Origin: an uncultured Flavobacteriaceae bacterium
GTDB lineage: Bacteria; Bacteroidota; Bacteroidia; Flavobacteriales; Flavobacteriaceae
Direction of reading: 5' to 3'
NCBI GenBank assembly: GCA_938082715.1
Contig: CALKCR010000023.1
Coordinates: forward strand, 33,204-97,203
Length of the DNA stretch: 64,000 nt
Part shown: one piece after another, positions 58,519-64,000 of the stretch
How positions within the stretch are numbered: the first letter of the stretch is position 1
How the letters are laid out: every line of letters starts with the position of its first letter
Translations under genes and position numbers: made by a program
Notes under the pieces: model-generated
Seen by the model: only the letters and a program-made list of their open reading frames with translations
What the model was told of the DNA's origin: nothing
Databases searched by the model: none

Positions 58519-59763
58519 TTATTTTGATATTTCTATTGAGGGTTGAAAAGCAAATGCTTTCCAGTGTTTTTCAGCTTCTTCGGGGGTGATTTTACCATCA
58601 AAAACAAGCATACGATAATTCAGTTCATAGGTTTGTTGGGGTTCAATTTTCCATTCTTTGTGACGAATGGGGCAAAATTCAAAAAACATATCTCCTCTTC
58701 CCTTGTTTGCGTTCAAAGGCCAGACTCTCATGGGTTCCGGATGCGATTGATTATTGGGGTGACTCATAAAAAGGACACCTGTGCTGCCTTGTCTATCGCT
58801 GGCATCTCCATAAACGATACACCATCTTGCAGAGGTGCCGTCAGCTTCAGCTCTATTTTTTCCGTCGGAAGTAATTACCTCACAATTGTCTTTGTCCCAT
58901 TGTTCTTTAAAGCGGAATCCCAAACCACCTCCATATCGATAGGCTTCGAAAAGGATACCGTTTTCGAGCGGAGAACTGAAGTTGGAAGTGTAATCTATAA
59001 AGTACTGATCGGGATTATTATTTTTCCACACTTTGACCATTAAGTTTTCGTTGAGTGCCAATTGAGGTCCATTTTTTTGGGTCAAATTGAAATGTTCTTG
59101 ATGTGCATTAAAACCCCCATAAACACTTCCTGATTCGATGTTGTTAAAACTTTTAAACAAAACGGTGCCTTGTCCGTCCTTCAAATTCCAAAAGTCTACC
59201 CCAACATCGTCGATTCTGGTTCTGGTCCATGGACCCCAAACCCCATAATGGTGATAGTGATCGGGGGGTTGAATTCGCGTGAGGGTGTCTCCTTTTGGAG
59301 AAATAACTGGGTGGATATAGCCGGATTTTTGGTAAAGTTGATTGATGCCCCCCGGTGGTGATTTCATTTCATAACGATAATGGATCAATGATTGTTCTCC
59401 GAATTTTAGCTTGAGATCACCATCCTGTTTCTTGGATTGGAACAGAGGAGCGTTGATTATTTCTTTTTTATTGGTAAAACAGTAAGTAGTTTTAACTTCC
59501 GATTCGCTGCTGTGTTTAAACCAAAATTTGTTATCCTCATTTGGGTCTACTTGGTAAGCAACAGGCTCCATTTGAGTTCCGGACTTTTTAATCAATACCA
59601 TGTCTTGACTCCAACAGCTCTTTTTTTCTTTATCGAGTACAACCGAAATGGGCCTTTCCATGTCAATGGCCTTAGAGTCTTCTACTGTTATGCACAGGCA
59701 GGATTGCTCATTTCCATTGGCACATCCCAAAACCAGCAAGAACAATAGGTAAAAGTTTTTCAT
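58519..59763 (-). CDS. PmoA-family / DUF6807 protein, lipoprotein
   Basis: Lipobox LVLGC. The HYHHYGVWGPWTRTRIDDVGVDFWN segment matches the HHxGxW...DFW core I associate with DUF6807 (the misnamed 'methane oxygenase PmoA' family). Confidence 0.6.
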   Translation of the reverse strand: MKNFYLLFLLVLGCANGNEQSCLCITVEDSKAIDMERPISVVLDKEKKSCWSQDMVLIKKSGTQMEPVAYQVDPNEDNKFWFKHSSESEVKTTYCFTNKKEIINAPLFQSKKQDGDLKLKFGEQSLIHYRYEMKSPPGGINQLYQKSGYIHPVISPKGDTLTRIQPPDHYHHYGVWGPWTRTRIDDVGVDFWNLKDGQGTVLFKSFNNIESGSVYGGFNAHQEHFNLTQKNGPQLALNENLMVKVWKNNNPDQYFIDYTSNFSSPLENGILFEAYRYGGGLGFRFKEQWDKDNCEVITSDGKNRAEADGTSARWCIVYGDASDRQGSTGVLFMSHPNNQSHPEPMRVWPLNANKGRGDMFFEFCPIRHKEWKIEPQQTYELNYRMLVFDGKITPEEAEKHWKAFAFQPSIEISK

Positions 59764-59956
59764 AGTAGCAGTGTAAATTAATAAAATTAGCGAATAGTAT
59801 AATTATTTGTAACGTTAAAGCTTTTGATTATGGCTTGCAGCTGAAAATTTTCAAAAAGCCTTTTATTGCTTAATGCATGGGCAACAATACCATTATCCTT
59901 TTTTATGATAATCTCAATAGTGATCATAGGATCAAATTAATTTTTTGAAACACTTT

Positions 59957-59974
59957 AACGTGTACGCACACGTT
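59957..59974. promoter_or_regulatory. Candidate operator: perfect 7-bp-arm palindrome in the divergent control region
   Basis: AACGTGT-ACGC-ACACGTT. It lies 76 nt upstream of the ThuA-like ATG and 194 nt upstream of the PmoA-family ATG. Confidence 0.35.
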
Positions 59975-60049
59975 TTAGGAGTTAAATTTAGTAAATTCAA
60001 CTATTATTTCTTAATTAAAATTACTAATCTTGTCTAACAATCAATTTCG

Positions 60050-60982
60050 ATGGCGCTAAAATCTAAAATTTTTCTCACTGTTTTATTACTTTCAAGCTTT
60101 TCACTAATACATGGACAAAGATTCCAATCCTTTGAGTTGAATTCAGAGTGGAAGGATAAAATTAAATCCATGGTGAAAGATCAAAAAAAGACATCTACCA
60201 AAAAGAAGAAAAAACTCTTAATTTTTTCTCTTCATACCGGGTACCAGCATTGGACCATCCCTCATGCAGAGGCTGTTATGCAAATTATTGCTCAAAATTC
60301 AGGTGCTTTTGATGTAACCCTTTCAAAGGATTATACGGTATTCCAGAAAAATAAAATTTCAAAATTTGATGTTATAATTCTCAATAACACAAATTCTCAC
60401 GGAGAACGAAGGGATTTTTTTTGGGATATTTTTAATAAGGATTCTTCATTAAGTAGTCAGCAAAAAATAAATAAAGCAAGAAAACTGGAAAATAATATAA
60501 TTCAATTTGTAAAGAAAGGAAAAGGGCTTATGCTTTTGCACGGTGCGATTGTAATGCAAAACAATTCTATCGATTTTAGCGATATGACTGGAGGTAGTTT
60601 TGATTTTCACCCCCCACAGCAGGAACTTCATGTAAAATTGGTTGACCCTAACCATCCTCTGGTAAGCAGTTTTGATTCCGATGGCTTTGTTCATTATGAT
60701 GAACCATATTTTTTTAAAAATGCTTATTTCAGATATGATTTTAGACCTTTATTGTACATCGAATCGGATAAAATCAAAATGAAACGAGAGCGTCCCAAAG
60801 ACAAAATAAAATACGTTTCATGGATCAAACGCCATGGACGCGGCAGGGTTTTTTATTCATCGCCTTCTCACAACGCACAAAGCTATGAAAATCCAAAATT
60901 GCTCGAATTTCTAGGCAATGGACTTTTATATGCAGCAGGATTCATTGACTGTGATGACACTCCCCTCAAAAAATTTAAATGA
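60050..60982 (+). CDS. ThuA domain-containing protein (trehalose-utilisation-like), secreted
   Basis: Signal peptide LTVLLLSSFSLIHG; LLIFSLHTGYQHWTIPH, FDVIILNN and GLMLLHGA are typical of the ThuA amidotransferase-like fold. Confidence 0.65.
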   Translation: MALKSKIFLTVLLLSSFSLIHGQRFQSFELNSEWKDKIKSMVKDQKKTSTKKKKKLLIFSLHTGYQHWTIPHAEAVMQIIAQNSGAFDVTLSKDYTVFQKNKISKFDVIILNNTNSHGERRDFFWDIFNKDSSLSSQQKINKARKLENNIIQFVKKGKGLMLLHGAIVMQNNSIDFSDMTGGSFDFHPPQQELHVKLVDPNHPLVSSFDSDGFVHYDEPYFFKNAYFRYDFRPLLYIESDKIKMKRERPKDKIKYVSWIKRHGRGRVFYSSPSHNAQSYENPKLLEFLGNGLLYAAGFIDCDDTPLKKFK

Positions 60983-61012
60983 TCTAGAAACTTCTTATTT
61001 GAAAACTTTTTT

Positions 61013-61774
61013 TTGATAATTTTAGCATTAAGCTTCCGTCTTACTCAAGGTCAAGATTATAAAGCAAAAATTTTTGAACACCGAGGAGACACCCTTCCCT
61101 TTAGAATCCTTTTGCCCAAAAACTTCAATCCTCAAAATGCATATCCATTACTTGTGGTGCTTCATGGAGCGGGGGAGCGAGGCAATGATAATGAATCTCA
61201 GTTGGTTCACGGAAGTTACCTTTTTCAATCGGAACCGTTTAGAGCAAAATATCCTGCTATAGTTGTTTTTCCTCAATGTCCCAAGGCGTCTTATTGGGCG
61301 AGTGTGAAAAGAGATTATGAGGTTTCTTTAGAAAAAAAATACACTTATGCGAAGTCGCTTCCCAAAAATCCTCAATTGGAAATGGTGGAAGAATTGATGG
61401 ACTTTTTAGAGAAGAATTACCGAATCGATTCCACCCGCCGTTATGTTGGAGGCTTGTCTATGGGGGGTATGGGTACCTTTGAGTTGGTGAGCAGGAATCC
61501 GGACTATTTTACAGCGGCATTCCCCATCTGTGGTGGAGGAAATCCCAACTGGGCTCCTTTGTTGCAAAAAACCCCTTTATGGATTTTTCATGGTGATCAA
61601 GATAATGTGGTATGGGTAGAGCATTCAAAGAGAATGTATCGGGCGTTGAAGGAGATTGATGCACCAGTTAAGTTGACCTTATATCCAGAAGTCAATCATG
61701 ACATTTGGTACAACGCTTTTGCCGACCAGGATTTGATGCAATGGTTGTTTTCCTACCAAAAAAATAAGTCGTGA
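61013..61774 (+). CDS. Alpha/beta hydrolase (phospholipase/carboxylesterase, dienelactone-hydrolase-like esterase)
   Basis: HGAGERGNDN, the nucleophile elbow GLSMGG, and the HGDQDNVV...H triad. The TTG start is uncertain, since the N-terminal signal looks short. Confidence 0.7.
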   Translation: MIILALSFRLTQGQDYKAKIFEHRGDTLPFRILLPKNFNPQNAYPLLVVLHGAGERGNDNESQLVHGSYLFQSEPFRAKYPAIVVFPQCPKASYWASVKRDYEVSLEKKYTYAKSLPKNPQLEMVEELMDFLEKNYRIDSTRRYVGGLSMGGMGTFELVSRNPDYFTAAFPICGGGNPNWAPLLQKTPLWIFHGDQDNVVWVEHSKRMYRALKEIDAPVKLTLYPEVNHDIWYNAFADQDLMQWLFSYQKNKS

Positions 61775-61791
61775 TGATAGGATTTGAACCT
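61768..61791 (-). repeat. Partial copy of the tRNA-Pro(GGG) 3' end (candidate distal att site)
   Basis: GTCGTGATGATAGGATTTGAACCT versus GTCGGGATGACAGGATTTGAACCT at 63745-63768: 22/24 identical, same orientation. It overlaps the esterase stop codon. Confidence 0.75.
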
Positions 61792-61866
61792 TATAAGTTA
61801 AATATATGTAAATCAATAATTTATAATATTTTTATTCTGTTTATTTGTTGAGTAAATAACTTAAAT

Positions 61867-61883
61867 GGTGAGTATTACTCACC
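61867..61883. terminator. Palindromic hairpin between the convergent esterase and lyase genes (possible bidirectional terminator, or protein-binding site)
   Basis: GGTGAGT-ATT-ACTCACC followed by AACATTTTT. It shares the GGTGAGTA motif with 63670-63693. Confidence 0.4.
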
Positions 61884-61915
61884 AACATTTTTATCTATAA
61901 TTCTTTAATTAAAAT

Positions 61916-63112
61916 TTATTTCATCAACCAGATTATAGGGTGTCTAACAGGTAAATTTCTGATTACTTCCGAGTGAATGGGATATGAAGGTAATTCAAGA
62001 AATGTATCTAAGTACTTTGAATTATTGTATTCCAAAGCTCCAAATAACAAAGCTGGATGGCGTACAGGCCACTCATTCCAAATGTAGATGTCTTTTTCAA
62101 ATGGCCACGTTGATTTATCGGCTACATAGGGATAGATAAATTCAAGCCCTTTTTTCAAGGACTTACCTTCTTTGGTTTCAAATTCAAACAAATTGTCTCC
62201 GGGAGTAGATAATATTTCTGCTAGGTTGCAAAAAGCATCTATGTTAAATAAAGAATAACCATATGGTTTAGTTCTTTTCAACTCAAGAGGAAAACTACCG
62301 TTAGATGCCATTTGATTGGGAATAAGAATATTCTTAAACCGATCGATGCAAAGTTTCTTGATTTCGTCATTGCCTGTAAGTACAGCCATTGAAGCCGCAG
62401 TTGCTGCCCAGCAAGTGCTATGATTGTTTTTCCAATTCATTTCAGATATGCCATATTCGTGAGTAGTCATCCATTCTAAAAACTCACCAAACCAAACTTT
62501 TATTTTTTCTGATTGTTGGGTTGTAATACCTCCCTTGTCAGAAAGAACTTTTACCGATCGAGCTACTTCAACCAAATGGTATGCATCTATCAATCCAATA
62601 CCTCGACCAGTAACTTTTCCAAAAATAGCTTGTGCATATAGCAAATGAGGATTCATCTTAGTATTGGTATTCACAAACCATGCATTCAAATGTTCCAGTA
62701 CCTTATCTGCATAGACTTTATCTTCCGTTAGCAACCATGCCGAAGTTAAAGTAGCTGTAATCTCACTTAACCTAATCATTGCATATCGATGCGCTGTAAA
62801 ATTATCGGGGTTTGTTTGACCATCGCGTTGTTGATAAGCACCTCCTGGATTCTCTGGATTTGGCCACCAATAGTCTCCTTCTGAATAAAAATCGTGTAAC
62901 CCTCCAACACTTCGTTCACAATGTGCATCGGTTACTGTTACAGGAATTGAACTCAAATATGCTTTTGCTCTTGCAATTTCGGTTTCTTTCAATGCTTCAA
63001 TAACCGAATCCTTCAAATCTTGCGCCTGAAGATTCAATTGTACAAGAATGCCAAAGAATGAAATAATTGAAAATATAAAATATGATTTACTTTTTAAAAT
63101 ATATTTATCCAT
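61916..63112 (-). CDS. Alginate lyase family (PF05426-like) polysaccharide lyase, secreted
   Basis: Signal peptide; DYWWPNPENPGGAYQQRDGQTNPD and an alpha/alpha-toroid-like helical repeat pattern, as I remember for alginate-lyase-domain proteins. Confidence 0.55.
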   Translation of the reverse strand: MDKYILKSKSYFIFSIISFFGILVQLNLQAQDLKDSVIEALKETEIARAKAYLSSIPVTVTDAHCERSVGGLHDFYSEGDYWWPNPENPGGAYQQRDGQTNPDNFTAHRYAMIRLSEITATLTSAWLLTEDKVYADKVLEHLNAWFVNTNTKMNPHLLYAQAIFGKVTGRGIGLIDAYHLVEVARSVKVLSDKGGITTQQSEKIKVWFGEFLEWMTTHEYGISEMNWKNNHSTCWAATAASMAVLTGNDEIKKLCIDRFKNILIPNQMASNGSFPLELKRTKPYGYSLFNIDAFCNLAEILSTPGDNLFEFETKEGKSLKKGLEFIYPYVADKSTWPFEKDIYIWNEWPVRHPALLFGALEYNNSKYLDTFLELPSYPIHSEVIRNLPVRHPIIWLMK

Positions 63113-63132
63113 GATGCATAAATGGTATTATT

Positions 63133-63603
63133 TTATATCAAGAATTCTTGATCATGATCCGTTTCTTGGATTCTTGCAAACAATTTATGAGCAAAGAATT
63201 TAACATCATCAATATATGAAATATTCTCTACTACATTTTTCTTTTCCATAGGATCTACCTTATGATCATATAACTCTCTGGCAACAGTTTCTCCAATGCT
63301 CATTTTGATCCACCCGACATAGTTAAGCCTTGATGATTTTACTAAATAGCCCATAATAGTTCTGTCGGAATCTTGCCTTGTAATAGGCCACTGGGTATAT
63401 CCAATTCTGTTCATCTGCAGAGTTGGTTCATCAAAGAGGGGACACAATACTTTGCCCATCAACATTTGAAGGGATTTCAAAACCACACAACTCAGCCAAT
63501 TTAGGATAGATATCAAGCGCCTCTAAAGGTGACTCATAAACAAGTCCTTTTCCAACATTCGGCATATTAAAAATAAATGGTACAATGGTGTCTATATTCA
63601 TAT
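63133..63603 (-). pseudogene. Sulfatase remnant: 5'-truncated and frameshifted
   Basis: Only the C-terminal third of a sulfatase is present (VPFIFNMP..., ALDIYPKLAELCGFEIPSNVDG, then in another frame LFDEPT..., RELYDHKVDPMEKKNV). The frame changes between 63433 and 63457, with a GGG run at 63455-63457. The catalytic N-terminal domain is absent. Confidence 0.7.
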
Positions 63604-63669
63604 ATTAAATTTTATTTTTTTGACTTTATCATGTTTCCCCATGTATTTAGAAAAAGAAAAAATTATTTT

Positions 63670-63693
63670 GGTGAGTAATATGGTGAGTAAATA
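63670..63693. repeat. Tandem 12-bp direct repeat GGTGAGTAAtAT / GGTGAGTAAATA
   Basis: Two adjacent copies lie 52 nt from the tRNA-Pro(GGG) 3' end. Related copies occur at 61847-61858 (GTTGAGTAAATA) and 61867-61883 (inverted pair). Confidence 0.7.
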
Positions 63694-63706
63694 TGTTTGA
63701 TAATAT

Positions 63707-63733
63707 ATAAACCCTTGAAAAACAAGGGTTTAT
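63707..63733 (-). terminator. Strong hairpin just downstream of the tRNA-Pro pair (candidate terminator or processing signal)
   Basis: ATAAACCCTTG-(5 nt)-CAAGGGTTTAT, an 11-bp perfect stem. The downstream tract is A/T-rich but is not a clean U-run. Confidence 0.45.
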
Positions 63734-63744
63734 GTGATTATCTA

Positions 63745-63768
63745 GTCGGGATGACAGGATTTGAACCT
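63745..63768 (-). repeat. tRNA-proximal copy of the 24-nt repeat (candidate att core inside tRNA-Pro)
   Basis: It covers the discriminator, the 3' acceptor strand and the T-arm of tRNA-Pro(GGG). Confidence 0.75.
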
Positions 63769-63819
63769 GCGACCCCACGCACCCCATGCGTGTGCGCTAC
63801 CAGGCTGCGCCACATCCCG
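63746..63819 (-). tRNA. tRNA-Pro (anticodon GGG)
   Basis: Hand-folded 74-nt cloverleaf: acceptor CGGGATG/CATCCCG, D arm GCGC/GCGC, anticodon stem CACGC/GCGTG with loop A-T-GGG-G-T, T arm GCAGG-TTCAAAT-CCTGT. CCA is not encoded. Confidence 0.9.
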
Positions 63820-63852
63820 AAGAGGCCAAAAAGGCCACTGGTATTATAATCG

Positions 63853-63927
63853 TCGGGGTGGCAGGATTCGAACCTGCGACCTCCTGCTCCCAAAGCAGGC
63901 GCGATGACCGGGCTACGCTACACCCCG
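63853..63927 (-). tRNA. tRNA-Pro (anticodon TGG)
   Basis: Hand-folded 75-nt cloverleaf: acceptor CGGGGTG/CACCCCG, anticodon stem CCTGC/GCAGG with loop T-T-TGG-G-A, T arm GCAGG-TTCGAAT-CCTGC. CCA is not encoded. Confidence 0.9.
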
Positions 63928-63956
63928 CAACAATTTTAGTTACTCTAACAGGAGCG

Positions 63957-63987
63957 CAAATATAGGATTAAAAAAAAATATTGCAAA
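63957..63987 (-). promoter_or_regulatory. Bacteroidota sigma-A promoter for the tRNA-Pro pair
   Basis: On the minus strand: TTTG-N19-TATATTTG, ending about 30 nt upstream of the mature 5' end of tRNA-Pro(TGG). Confidence 0.6.
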
Positions 63988-64000
63988 TCCCCCAAGACTA

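Larger units (their letters stand above)
61768..63768. mobile_element. Candidate decayed tRNA-Pro-integrated islet (no integrase retained)
   Basis: The segment is bounded by the intact tRNA-Pro(GGG) 3' end and its 24-nt direct copy. The cargo is a polysaccharide-lyase-family gene plus a sulfatase remnant, with GGTGAGTA repeats near both ends. Confidence 0.45.

Noticed and set aside
57977-59043. 156-aa and 166-aa plus-strand ORFs (57977-58447 and 58543-59043) opposite the Gfo/Idh/MocA and PmoA-family genes.
   Set aside because: Both lie inside well-supported minus-strand genes and have no independent features.
63824-63836. GGCC-AAAAA-GGCC mini-hairpin between the two tRNA-Pro genes.
   Set aside because: The 4-bp stem is too weak to call a terminator or processing element.

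Overview
This is a 64-kb chromosomal window from a Bacteroidota genome, very probably order Flavobacteriales. Supporting signs are a GldI-like FKBP lipoprotein, the DUF5606, DUF5683, DUF349, DUF3810 and tandem DUF368 families, a long LepB, TTTG-N19-21-TAnnTTTG promoter boxes, and no Shine-Dalgarno sequences before start codons. About 62 tightly packed protein genes are supportable. Most are housekeeping: guaA, pyrG, yidC, mnmA, lysA, sucC, uvrB, ctaA, dapD, ruvX-def-mazG, aroE, purA, a Fur-family regulator, a RelA/SpoT homologue, ndk, recF, ribH, mutL, lepB, dapB and parAB. There are also two tandem tRNA-Pro genes at the right edge. I found no CRISPR array, no recognisable defence, toxin-antitoxin or restriction system, no transposase or integrase, and no rRNA. 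The non-routine content lies in the last 10 kb. (1) A five-gene operon encodes only exported proteins: a PmoA/DUF6807-family protein, a Tat-signal Gfo/Idh/MocA oxidoreductase, an oxidoreductase lipoprotein, a PQQ-type beta-propeller dehydrogenase and a cytochrome c. It sits divergent from a secreted ThuA-like protein and an esterase, with a perfect 7-bp-arm palindrome in the shared control region. This is a conserved but functionally uncharacterised periplasmic oxidation module and is my best candidate for an undescribed system. (2) A 24-nt copy (22/24 identical) of the 3' end of tRNA-Pro(GGG) lies 2 kb downstream of that tRNA. The pair brackets an integrase-less segment holding an alginate-lyase-family gene and a truncated, frameshifted sulfatase, with repeated GGTGAGTA motifs near both ends. 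This looks like the footprint of a decayed tRNA-integrated islet. Smaller observations: a cyclophilin-FKBP dual-family PPIase translationally coupled to the GldI-like gene; a kinase-fold hypothetical protein; tandem DUF368 paralogues; several intergenic palindromes and repeats; promoters abutting start codons, which predicts leaderless mRNAs; and convergent gene pairs with overlapping stop codons. All functional calls rest on motifs I recognise by eye. No database search was run.
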